Source: Scyliorhinus canicula (Eukaryota). From it: a stretch of 64,000 bases of DNA. The position numbers and the translations under genes are program-made. The stretch covers positions 89,136,922 to 89,200,921 of the forward strand of contig NC_052162.1 of assembly GCF_902713615.1 (NCBI RefSeq), read 5' to 3'. This document shows, piece after piece, positions 52,261 to 64,000 of the stretch (position 1 is its first letter; every line of letters begins with the position of its first letter). The notes below the pieces were generated by a model. It was not told the DNA's origin. It saw only the letters and a program-made list of their open reading frames with translations, and did no database searches.

Positions 52261-55200
52261 GGTCATGTGAACTAACAATGTGAACTGCAACTGAAGAAGA
52301 GGCCTTGTACGAAAATAAAATATAAAATAGAAATCACATGTGGTTAAAGAGACAAGTTGGGCAGAAAAATGAATTTACAAGAACAATTTTTTGTGAGGAA
52401 TGTTCCAGGAAAAGATGATAGAAATTCCCTTTGTGAAACTAAGCTGGCTTGATGCATCTTCCTTTTGGAAAAAATACCTGTTTGCAAACTGTCTCTATTT
52501 GCGATTGTTGTTATTTCCTCCATTGCCTGTCCCGTGTATTAGCTTAATTGTTGTCTCTGCAGCCTGCCCACTTGGTCTCAGAATGCTGTGGTGCTTGCAG
52601 GTGACGTAGGAGATGCTACACAGTCCTTGCTTCTCCTGGCATTAACATTGAATTATTTGCTGAATTACAACATAACCTTTTCTTAACTGCAGATCAGCTT
52701 TAGTTGTATGCACACAGGATAGATGTTATTGTAGCAGTGTTCACATAGTTCTGGTCCCAGAGCAAAAACGTTTACGTTTATAAATTACTATTGTGCAATT
52801 AAAGAAGACCGTTTAACATGCTTGAGTTGCATTCTGCTATTTCAGCTGAGACATTAAGCACTTTGTTTAAAAGTGAATAGGTTATCACAAGATTTTAAAG
52901 TAACAAATGAGAACATGTTGCATGCACACACATTGTCTGCTAATATTGGTAACAGTTGTCTTTGACAGCTTAGTCATGTTTCACGCACCCACTCAGGTTT
53001 CAGGGGGGCACAGTAGATAGTAAAGCTTTTAAAGGAAAAGGCAGAAGGTTGGATAAGGTCAAGATGCTTGAAGGAAACCAGAGATAGAAAGTCAGAAAGA
53101 TCAAGGGGTCATTGTAATGGATACCACAACACTACCATAATTGATTTGGCTGAATGATTGAAAGTGTAACCCAGTATAGAGGCTTTGGTGAGGGCCATGG
53201 TGTGCACACTTCTGAGCAAAGCTTCAGTCGAAGTCAAAAATTATTTGTTCTGAGGATGTCGTTTAAGGAAAAGGTGTTTTTACATTGTTCCATGGGATCC
53301 TTAAAGTGCAGGTTGGGGATCTTGTTTTTCATATCTGATCTAATATATTCTGGAATAGTTTGAGCTGACAACCTTCTGACCCTGAGGTAACATTGATACC
53401 AACTGAACTAACGCTTTCTTACAGGGTTTTGGCTTTCAAATACAGCCCTGAAATCTTTCCCGGAACATTGTTTTTCACCCAGATAGAGTTAATAAACCAG
53501 AAATATGATAACCAGAGTTTATTTTCCAATCTGCTAGTGATGATGTTTTAATAAATTTATTTCTATCAGAGATGTAAAAATGCCTGAATCAGCGCACTGT
53601 TTGTTATGAAAATAAAGGGAACCAACTATTTCCCTGAACTGTACTGTTCTCATATTAGTGGTTGTGTGCAGTATTTCAATCAAGATATTAGAACTGTGGT
53701 ATGAATCTTAAAATGATGCCGTTGTTCTGAAAGAATTTAACATCGAAGGTTTGTAACTATTTATGACATCCATAATATGCAATGAATGAGTTGCTCCAAG
53801 ATTTGAACCGAGTTTCTTTGAGAATAATAACTCCATTTTAATATTTTAACATTTAGGCCATAGCTGTAATATTTTGAGGATATAGTAACTTACTGTGTGT
53901 GAGCATCACAATGCAGTGATTCATGTTGTGTTTCCTTTATTTACGTATTTTCTGTCTGTGCGTGTTTTGTGTTATATTTTCAGTTATTAAAGATATTGGT
54001 TCTCAAACCATTGTGGTGAATGGTTTGCCTAAGCAGAAACTGATGTCATTATTTTTCCTGAAGAATTCATAAGTAAACAATTATTCCACTTATGTTTCTG
54101 TGAGCAGTAAGAACTTTGTGATGCGAATTAAGAATGGTAGATACTGCTTGCAGAAGTTTAAAATCTCAAAACTTCACAAATGACGAATTTGATTGTGTTA
54201 CAATAGCTCAGGTCTCTGAACTAAAAAAAATCTAGTTATGATAAAACATGACCTAGGTTTCCATTTTCAGTGACGGGGTTGGATTATTAAGCCATCAGGT
54301 CAACAGCACTCCAGTGATGAAAACTGGGAAATTGTGCTTCCCATGGGAAGAAAATATCCCCAAATAACTGCCTGATAATAGTGTGTGCATCTCTCGGCCT
54401 GTGCATGGTCACATTCTGAGAATGACTGCATAGGCCCTGCCTCTTTTTAAAAAAAAAAATCCCTTAAGAGTTCCTGCCGCTGAATTTTGAGGGCAGACCC
54501 GACACCAAGGTCATCGCATCCAACTTTCATACCATAGAAATGTTGCGAAATACAGCAGGAGATATTCTTATCTCACTTAAATTTGTTGTGCATGTATAGG
54601 ATCCTTACAGTGCAGTAGGAGGCCACTCGGCCCATCGAGTCTGCATCAACCCTCTAAAAGAGAACTCTACCTAGGCCCAATCTCCTGCCCTAACCCCACC
54701 GAACCTACACATCTTTGGACACTTGAGGGGCAATTTTAACATGGCCAATCCACCTAACCTGTGAAATGGAAGGAGGCAGGTACACAGTCGAGTACATTTG
54801 GATAAAGCAAGTACCCACAAGCAGCAACTTAAATTTGCAACCTGTTTTTTTATGTGAGGGAGGTATATTGGCTCACATGGCAGGAAAATGTTGTGCTCTT
54901 CTAAAGTAGCATGATGCCACCTTGCAATTTGGGTCTCCATTTTGATGTCTGCCCTCTGAAGGTGGATCGCACTTTAGTACTGCACTGAAATGTCATGCTC
55001 AATTCTGTGTTGAAGTTATTTATTGACTTATTTTGAGTACTGTTCTTTAAACACTGAGCAACTTTGCTTTATTTGATTTGGGTGACCTGCGTGATTAGGT
55101 TAATCATGCTGTCTGGGCAAAGTGCTCAGTTGAATTATGGAATATTTGGACGGTGAGTAATGCGATGAGAAATCTGGAGCTGAGCCAGCAAGGGTTCCCT

Positions 55201-55544
55201 TGCTGAACAATAGTCCAAATAAATCCTGTCTTTCTGCATATGCTATACTTGAGGACGTCGCGGAGGAAACTTGCATCTATGGCACGTACAGTCCTCACAA
55301 TTCGAATGCTCCCTATTCTTACTTCATTTTGTTATTACACCCACTAAACCTAAATTGAGATTATTTTATTTGTATAATGTTTGGCCCCATTGCTGACACT
55401 ATTACATTCCAATCCAAAGAAATCTGCTCAACACTATTTTTCCTTGTGTTGTTTGCCAAACTTGCTACCTGTGCTGTCACTACGCTTCAGCATTGTGCAC
55501 CTCTGTGTGATCAATAAACCTAATTATATGGCACCCATCAAGGC

Positions 55545-56553
55545 GCCAGAAGCCGAGTAGGTGCGCATGGAAGAGGCCTCCTCCGTCGCCACGGCGGCAC
55601 TCCCATCCCCACCCAAAAAAACACTCCAGCAGCCTGGTGGTGATAGCCATCCTCCAGTCCTGGAACCAACTATGGCAACAAGTTGGCCTGGCCAAAATGT
55701 CGGACAAAGCTCCCATCTGCAACAACAGCGCTGACTGACGCCACCTTTAAAAAGTGGGGACAGGACGGAGGGACACTGACAGTCAGGGACCTATACACGG
55801 ACGGCAGGATCGAAACAATGGACGAACTGACAGAGAAATTCCAGCTAGCCAGGGGGAACGAGCTAAGGTACCTGCAACTCAAAAAACTTCCTACATATCT
55901 ACAACCGCCACAACATACATTACTGGAAGAGTTACTGGACGCAAGCATCCTAATAAAGGGAACTGTAGCGACATGTATGACCGACTGGTAGAATGGACCG
56001 ACACCGTACTGGGCGCAACAAGAAAGAAATGGGAGGATGACCTGGGGATTGAAATAGGGTGGGGACTCTGGGGCGAAGCACTGCTTTGGGTCAACTCCAC
56101 CTCCCAATGCGTAAGGCTTAGCCTGACGCAGCTAAAAGTGGTACAGAGCCCACTTAACAAGAACCCGTATGAGTAGGTTCTTCCCGGAGGTGGAGGATAG
56201 ATGTGTACAGTGCCAGGGAGGCCTGGCCAACCACGCCCACATGTTCTGGTGTTGCCCCAGACTTGCGGGGTACTGGACCGCCTTCTTCGAGGCAATGTCC
56301 AAAGTGGTGGGGATGAGGGTGGAGCCATGCCCAAAAGTGGTGATCTTCGGGGTATCAGACCAGTATCAGACCAGCCAGATCTATTCCTTGCCTTTGCCTC
56401 TCTGATCGCCCGCCGTAGAATCCTGTTCGGCTGGCGGTCAGCAGCACCACCCAAAGCTGCAGACTGGCTGTCCGACCTCTCAGAATGTCTTCAAATGGAG
56501 AAAATCAAATTTGCCATCCGAGGGTCAGTTGACGGCTTCCACAGAACATGGGC
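55545..56553 (+). mobile_element. L1/Tx1 ORF2 C-terminal fragment (different subfamily)
   Basis: KKWEDDLG, DRCVQC..ANHAHMFWCCP, AFASLIARRRIL. Confidence 0.85.
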
Positions 56554-57099
56554 TTAACGATAAGGGATTTGTTCACTCAGCTCGTTTCCATCCCTCCATG
56601 GTTCAAGCTATCGAACTGTAACTGCAGAATGGACTAGGATAATGAATGACTCGGTAGTCGTGCCTAAAACAACTGGTGGAACTCAAATGGGAAGGTGCTG
56701 GGCCTTGGTGGTCTGTATCAGAAAAAACGAGAAGATTTTAAAAAAAGCAGAGGCTCTGACCAAAACGTTTCAAATATATTTGGTTATGGAAATTGAGCAA
56801 AGGCTTGAAGTGCTAAAAACACACTTCTGATCAAAAGGGGAAATGTGGATCAAATAGGTCGCCACAGATTGAATGTCGGCAGTGGCTGCCCAATAAGTTT
56901 CTGGAGATCTAAATATTGAATACTTACTGAGAAAGATATGGGTTAATAAAGGATAGCCAACGTGAATTTGTAAAAAACCGACAAATTAAGGAGGTGACTG
57001 AGAAGCTAATAAAGGAAATGCAATAAATGGTTTCCTTTTCAAAAGGCAGTAGATTGGATGCCATATAATGAACGAAGTATATTTACCGTTTTGTACACA

Positions 57100-57790
57100 A
57101 AATAGAATATATATATATATATATTATACATATAGAAGAGAAGGGAACATGCACAAAAAACAAAGCAAACAACAAAAAAAAAAGTTAGGATAAAATAACT
57201 GGTAGGGTATTATGTGCTCGCTCAATTACAGCAGCTCTGTACAATTGGCAATATTGTTTTTAGCACATAAGTAGGCATCTGGTTGTGGGAGGTGGGGAGG
57301 GAGGTGGGTACTGGGGGAGCTTGTATACATTTGGGCGCCGGGAAAACAATTACAGAGGGCAATACGCAAATAGATGTGGTGTTGGTGTTGTCACTTGCTT
57401 CTCCTGGGCGGTTTTCGCTGTCGTTGTTGTCTCGCGATCACCTCCGCTTCAGCCATTCATCCCGTCTTTCACCTGGATTTTCCTTGTTCTCTGAATCTGT
57501 AGTAGTTTATTGTTTCCCGTGCCCTCCTTCCAGCTGTCATTGCCTTGCCTCCCCCCCACCTCACTGGTTCCCCTCTATTGTTCCCTGTCCCCTCCCTCTT
57601 CTCCCCCCCACCCCCCCTTCCTGTGGTTCGTCTTTCTTTTATCTTAGTTTTAGCTGTTATCTCCCCCACCAGTCTATCCCTCCCTCCTCCGCCTCAGCTA
57701 CTTTCCCCTGCTTCTTGGCTACCTAGCTATTCTTTGCTTGTTCGTTGGCCACAAACAGGTCCTGGAACAATTGGGTGAATGGCTCCCAAG
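57100..57790 (-). mobile_element. L1/Tx1 3' UTR fragment
   Basis: ORF2 end and pyrimidine-rich + strand typical of these 3' UTRs. Confidence 0.55.
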
Positions 57791-58280
57791 TTTAATTTCC
57801 CCATCTCTTCTTCATAGCTAACCATACTCCCACTACCACATTTTCCTGTAAAACAAAAAAGACAGAAGTTCTCATTTAGTACTCAGCTTTTTCTTCATCT
57901 TGCAACACAGTGGTTTGCACTGTGGCTTCACAGCACCAGGGTCCCAGGTTTGATTCCCGACTGGGTTACTATCTGTGCGGAGTCTGCATGTTACACATAT
58001 ATTATGACATCACTATATTTCCTGGCTAAACTTTCTTTCTCCTCTTACATTTCTATTATTTTTGCATCTCCTCTATAATTTGTGTTGGCTCTAAAAATTT
58101 TTGTAAGTTGCTTTTTATTTTCTCTGTTCACCCAAGGAACTCCAACTTATCTCCTTTTCCTCGCCAAGCATTTTCCATCTTTTAATTCACTTCCATTATT
58201 TTCAGTTTAATTTCCGTCTTTATAATTGTTTTTTGTTCTGGTGCTGTTGAAGTTACAGAATTCCATTTTTTTTCCCCTAG

Positions 58281-58335
58281 GGTGCATATAATGCTATTAA
58301 AAATGGTGCAGAAAATACTATTGCATTTGGGAAAG
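58281..58335 (+). CDS. APOOL: APOOL/MIC27 internal coding exon (probable exon 4), 55 nt, phase 0-1
   Basis: tttcccctag|GGT...GGGAAAG|gtaagt. Translates GAYNAIKNGAENTIAFGK+G (cf. human GVYVFVKNGIMDTVQFGKD). Confidence 0.92.
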
Positions 58336-58543
58336 GTAAGTGTGGTTACGTTTATTTTTGAGTTTCTTCTTCCAGAGCTTGGGATACTGAAGGGATTTGG
58401 AGCAGGTCCACTGTTTTCCTGACTGAGGCTGGCTGACACAGCAGTGGTCAACCCTGGGACCTTCTGGTTCACCTGCAGCTGTTGCTAAACTATCTGTAGC
58501 AGGAGGGAAATGGGTTCCTTTAATTAATGCTCATCGGTGGATT

Positions 58544-58681
58544 TATTTTTTTAAACAAACAATTTTATTGAGGTATTTTAGGCATGTATTTTAGGCATTG
58601 TACAGTACAAAAAATTGAACATAGTGCAAACCACGGCTCAGTTCACGCAAGGACCTGCCTCAATATCCCCCTACTCTATTC

Positions 58682-58717
<36 letters not shown>

Positions 58718-59181
58718 CCCCAGCTGACGCTTACTCCTCTGCGAAGAAGTCAATAAGTGGCTGCCACCTTCGGGCGAACCCTAATAGCGAACCACTCAAT
58801 GCGAACTTGACTTTCTCCAGGCCAAGAAAGCTCGCCATGTCCGATAGCCATACCTCAGCCCTCGGGGGCTTTGAGTCCCTCCATGCTAACAGTATTCGTC
58901 ACCGGGCTACCAGGGAAGCAAAGGCCAGAACGTTGGCCCCTCTCTCTTCCTGGACTCCAGGGTCCTCCAAAACCCCAAAGATTGCCACCTCAGGGCTCAT
59001 TACCACACCAGTTTTCAATACCCGGGACATGACATCTGCGAAAGCCTGCCAATACCCCCTGAGTTTAGGGCACGACCAGAACATGTGTACATGGTTAGCC
59101 GGCCCTCCGGTGCATCTAGCACACTTGTCCTCCTGCCCGAAGAATCTGGTCATCCGGGCCACCGTCATGTGGGCCCGGTGT
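58544..59181 (-). mobile_element. L1/Tx1 3' fragment
   Basis: DKCARC..ANHVHMFWSCP; decayed TSD TCATCGGTGGATT (58531-58543) / TCATTGGCGGATT (59182-59194). Confidence 0.9.
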
Positions 59182-60382
59182 TCATTGGCGGATTCTGTTT
59201 GTTAATAGGATCCAAGCTGGTTGGTGAAATCACAGCCAAGACTCGCGGCTTTCCATTATAGAGAGAGAGGTTATTGACTTATTCAGTCGCACAACTGTCC
59301 TCCCACATAATCCGGTGCCTATCCCTCATTTATATGCTTTTTTGTGACCAAATGAGCAAGAATAAACTAATTGAATTAACTAATCGAAAGCCTCTTAAAG
59401 AGACTGTAACAAAACCACTTCCAAAAATATCCTTTCTTTATATTCCTTTCGATAAAACAAAATTCAATAAATTAAACACAAACGAGGGTGGGGGTGACAA
59501 CTCCTGTTTGGGCACTGTAACCAAATCAAAACATCAAAGGAGGTTTATCTGACTAACTAAACCGAAATATTTCCGGGGGATGATGATGATACAACCCAGC
59601 CCCCACGGGGCCCACCAATCACAGAATGCCTAAAGCGTATCAGCCACCTGGCCGCGAAGCTAGTTACAGCAGAGGGGCAGACAGTCAAGTCGGATGATTT
59701 TTTTCTCATGCTGATAGCGAATTAATGCTCCTCACTTGTTTTCTTAACCGTAATGATGCAATTGACAATGACAAACCATAACAATGTAGTTGATAAGACA
59801 CTGTTTGCATGTCATGAATATTAGATCTTTGATTACTGCGAGTTTATATCACGTCATTAGCTATTACGTACTACAATTAAAATAGGAAAGGAAAAGTTCT
59901 AAAACAAATTGATTTCTAAACTGCTTTGGAACTAAAACCGTGACCACATAAATACAGACTGACCCAGAACTCGGTAGGGAAATGTATGAAGTACAGTACT
60001 TTTTAAACTCTTGAAAGCTGAAAAAGAATGTTTTCTAGCAAAACGAAAATGAACCTGTGTGAAGAGCCAAGGTCTATTGTGTAAGACTCAAAGGTTGAAA
60101 AGAAGAGGTATGGTTTTAAAAACTGAAATCAATGTGCAGTGATCATGTGACATCAGGCTAGGGTTTAAAAGCCTGAAGGGTGATGGGGAGACTGAGAGAG
60201 GTAAAGAATACAGCTGCTTTATATTTAAGGAAGGAATGAGTTGAGTAGAAGTCAGTTCTATAAGTCTTTCAAAAAAAATGAGGATGAAGGAGGACAAATA
60301 GTGTCCAGTTGCATTGTTTGTGCTCGTCAACTACAGAGAAGTGAGTTCATCGTAACAGTACACTCAAATTTTAATGAGGTAA

Positions 60383-60706
60383 CATAGAACATACAGTGCA
60401 GAAGGTGGCCATTTGGCCCATCGAGTCTGCACCGATCCATTTAAGCCCTTGCGTCCACCTATCCCCGTAACCCAATAACCCCTCCTAACTTTTTTTTTGG
60501 TCACTAAGGGCAATTTAGCATGTCCAAATCCACCTAACCTGCACGTCTTTGGTCTGTGGGAGGAAACCAGAGAACCCGGAGGAAACCCACGCAGACACGG
60601 GGAGAACGTACAGACTCAGCACAGACAGTGAGCCAGCAGGGAATCGAACCTGGGACTCTGCCGCTCTGAAGCCACAGTGCTGTGCACTTGTGCTACTGTG
60701 CTGCCC
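60383..60706 (-). mobile_element. HE1-like SINE
   Basis: Reverse-complement head, core and tail. Confidence 0.9.
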
Positions 60707-60747
60707 AACAAAAAGTATTGATGAGGATAATGCTGTTTTGTGTATAT

Positions 60748-61358
60748 GGGCTGCGATTCTCTGCAACCACGATGGGTGGGAGAATAGCGGGAGGTCTGCT
60801 CCCGCACCTCCTGCTATCCCCCCCCCCCCAATGGCGTGTCCGGTTTTCCGACATGCCGCTCGGAGAAACGCGGGCCGCCGTATTTCACGGCGGCCCCCGA
60901 TTCTCCGACCCGGTTGGGCCGTGCGGCCTGCCGTTCCCGACCTGTTCACGACGGCGGCAACCACACCTGGTCGCTGCTGTCGTGAACATGGCGCGTCAGG
61001 TAAGTGGGGGGCGGATTGGGGATCGAACACCACGACCGTGCTCGGGAGGGGACTGGCCCGCGATCGGTGCCCACCGATCGCACTGTCAAGGGGACATACT
61101 CTTTCCCCTCCGTCGCCCCGCAAGATCAAGCCGCCACGTCTAGCTGGGCGGCTGAGGGGAAAGACGGGAACCGCGCATGCGCGGGTTTGAGCTGTCCAAC
61201 CCGCGCATGCGCGGCTGACATAATTAGGCGCCGCCGCGGCTTAATTCTTGGCACGCCGGGCCTTGAAGCCAGGGACAATGCCCGGCCACCGGGTTTCCCG
61301 GTACGGCCCGCCTATCCCCCCGGGTAGGAGAGACTAGGGGGCTGGGAGAATACCGCCC
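60748..61358. mobile_element. CpG-rich MITE related to 27402-27622
   Basis: Ends GGGCTGCGATTCTC / GGAGAATACCGCCC; internal GGAGAA/TTCTCC motifs. Confidence 0.65.
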
Positions 61359-61772
61359 ATGGACTTCCACAATGCGTTTGATACAGTGCTGCCCAACAGA
61401 CCTGTGAGGTCATTTGGAGCTCATGGAATAAAGGGGACAGTAGACAGAAGAGAGTGCGAGTGGAGGACCCTGGGACAGGCAGTCAGCAGCACTGAGAGGA
61501 CAGTGCTAGAGGAGCAAAACAAGCCAGGCAGTCAGCAACACCTACTAGAGGGGAGTGTGAATGGAGGACCCTGGGCGCAGGCAGTCAGCACTAAGAAGAA
61601 AGTGCCAGAGGAAGGCACCAACCAGACAGTTAGCCGCATCTTGAGGAGAGTGCAAGTGGAAGACATAACCAGTCAGCACAGCCGCCGAGGACCTAAGATC
61701 ACAAGAGAAACAGAAGTTCACTGGTTGATGAGAAACTGCTTTTAAGGACTATTATCAAGAAACTGAGATTTA

Positions 61773-64000
61773 GGAACTTCCGGTGGCGGCGATGTCCGAG
61801 TGAGCCGCACATTCGGCGGGCTCTCACTTCGGCGGGCGTTTAGGGGCTGATTCCCCACGATAGCGGGACCACGTTGCTGAAGGAAGGCGGCGGTGAAAGG
61901 GCGGAAGAGCGGGCTGCGGCACATGGAACAGCGGGAGTTCAGGAGGCAGAAGAAGAGAGAGAAAAAGGGACAAAGTCAAGGAGCTGAAGAAACTTACCTG
62001 GAACCTAAGATGGCAGACACACGGACACTGGACTCAGCAATCCAGCAGGCGCTGGATAACATGCTCCAGGTAATGAAATCCAGTTTTGAATTGCTGAAGC
62101 GGGACAGCTTGGACCCACTCCAGAAGGCAGCGGATCAGCTGAACCAGAGGCTGGATGCGCAAGATGTTAAAGTTAAGGAGCTGGGAGAGGCGGTGGAGGA
62201 GCAGGCGGATGCGTAGACGGTTGCGGCGCTAGAAGTTGACGGGCTTAAGGAGCGGCAGAGAAGACTGCTAGATAGAGTGGAGGAGCTGGAGAATAGAGCC
62301 CGCAGGAACAACCTGAGGATGGTTGGTCTCCCGGAAGGGGCTGAGGGAGCTGATGCCGCAGCGTTTGTAGCAGACCTATTGATGCAGCTGATGGGGGCCG
62401 AAACCTTTCCGCGACCGCCGGAGCTGGAGGGGGCATACAGAGTGCAGGTGAGGCAGGGGCGGACCCCCCCCCCCCCCCCCCCCCCCCCCCCCGCCCGATG
62501 GTGATTAGGTTCCACAGGTTCGTGGACAAGGAGCGGGTGCTGCAGTGGGCAAAGAGCGCCAGGAGCAGCACGAGGAACAACAGTGTTCTCCGCATTTACC
62601 AGGACCTAAGCCAGAAGGTGGCTCGGCTGTGAGCAGCCTTTAAGAATGTCAAGGAGGTGCTGTTCAAGAAGCACTTGAAGTTTGGTCTGCTGTTCCCGGC
62701 TCGTTTATGGGTCACGCACCAGGGTCAACACCACTACTTCTCCGAGCCTGAAGAAGCGATGGACTCTGCGAGGGATCAGGGGCTGGTCCCGAAAAGAGGC
62801 ACCACGGGCCCGAATTAGGGCCCGAGGGCTACTGTATGAAGGTACGCCGAATGGGCCTGGACTGCTGTTCAACGGTTTGCTGGGTCAAAGGTGCCAAGCG
62901 GAACATTTGGGACTCTTTCCTTTGTTCATGACATTGGTTTGTTTTTTGTTTTTTTTCTCTTTTTTTCTGTTTTTTCCTTTTCGGCCGGATTTTTACTTTT
63001 TGTGCGGCTTGTGGAGGACACTGGAGCCGGCACGGTAACGAAGGGGGGCCAAGGACGTGGGTTGGGTTTTTTTTGTTTTGTTGATGTCCATGCCTTCCTG
63101 TGCCAGTGAGTTTGCTCCAGTGGGTTGGAGAGGGGGATGGGGCGCCGGGGAGTGGGGAGGAGGACGGGGAAACAATGGGAATGAGACAGGAAGGCGCCGG
63201 AGTGATGAGTCACCGGGCTAGCAGATTGGCTAGTCAAGGGAGTCAGGTGGGGGGGGGAGATCACAGCCAGTGGATGGCAGGGGTGGGGGTATCGGGGGAT
63301 GTTGTTAAGGGGGGGGGGGGGGTTCTGCTGACGTGGGAGGGACTTGAAATAGGCACCGGAAAGGAGGTCGAGGGTGGAGGCAGCCAACGGGCGGGCCAGG
63401 AATGGCGCGACGCGCGGGCGGGGGGCCAGCCCGAGAAAGGCTATGGCTGACCAGCGTGGTTGGGGGGGTGGGTTGCCCCCCCCGACCAGGCTGATCACCT
63501 GGAACGTCAGGGGACTGAATGGGCCGGTTAAGAGGGCGTGGGTGTTCTCGCACTTGCGGGCTCTGAGGCCGGACGTAATTATGTTGCAGGAGACACATAG
63601 AACATAGAACAGTACAGCACAGAACAGGCCCTTCGGCCCTCAATGTTGTGCCGAGCAATGATCACCCTACTTAAACCCACGTAACCCGTATACCTGTAAC
63701 CCAACAATCCCCCCATTAACCTTACACTACGGGCAATTTAGCATGGCCAATCCTCCTAACCCGCACATCTTTGGACACATCTGAAAGTGTCTCACCAGAC
63801 CAGGCTAAGGAAGTTCTGGATTAGCCAGGTCTTCCACTCGGACTTGGACTCAAAGTCCAGGGGGGTGGCAATCATGATCAACAAGTGGGTGCAATTTGAG
63901 GCGGAGGGCATAACCGCAGACAGGGGGGGGCAGATACCTGATGGTACGGGGCAGACTGGAGGGGAGAAGAGTGGTGCTGATGAATATATATGCCCCGAAC
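61773..64000 (+). mobile_element. 5' half of a probably full-length L1-clade LINE: 5' UTR, disrupted ORF1 (~61923-62818), spacer, ORF2 EN start (ATG 63443), nested SINE 63599-63773
   Basis: ORF1 has a coiled coil and LENRARRNNLRMVGLPEG, a premature TAG at 62214-62216 and a poly-C frameshift; ORF2 begins LITWNVRGLN..LQETH. Confidence 0.92.

Noticed and set aside
53530-53595. C/D box snoRNA (GTGATGA...CTGA)
   Set aside because: Too short (~52 nt between boxes), weak terminal stem, no recognisable guide.
60748-61358. CpG-island promoter or APOOL exon 1
   Set aside because: Bounded by TIR-like ends and downstream of exon 4; no convincing exon 1 was found in the window.

Overview
Vertebrate genomic DNA, most likely an elasmobranch (probably a catshark, inferred from its repeat families), with one assembly gap at 45414-45544. 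The only host gene I can support is APOOL (MIC27, MICOS subunit) on the + strand. Three internal coding exons lie at 37153-37257, 41479-41598 and 58281-58335, splice in frame and have AG/GT ends. I did not find exon 1 or later exons, so the rest of the window is probably intronic. That intronic DNA is dominated by nested retroelements: L1/Tx1-clade LINEs (three with exact 15-bp target-site duplications, TSDs), CR1, L2, Rex1/Babar, a Penelope-like element, about 30 tRNA-derived SINE copies, a probable solo LTR, and hAT- and Harbinger-like MITEs. Nearly all ORF-track entries are TE fragments or noise. The most interesting signals are: one SINE head carrying three different LINE-type tails whose partner LINEs are all present here; a permuted 104-bp SINE-head multimer; SINEs nested in three L1 copies; a hAT MITE containing a SINE tail; NRF1-type motifs in palindromic MITEs; candidate conserved non-coding elements; and an unexplained ~2.3-kb strand-biased segment. 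I found no clearly new protein-coding system. Repeat boundaries without TSDs are approximate.
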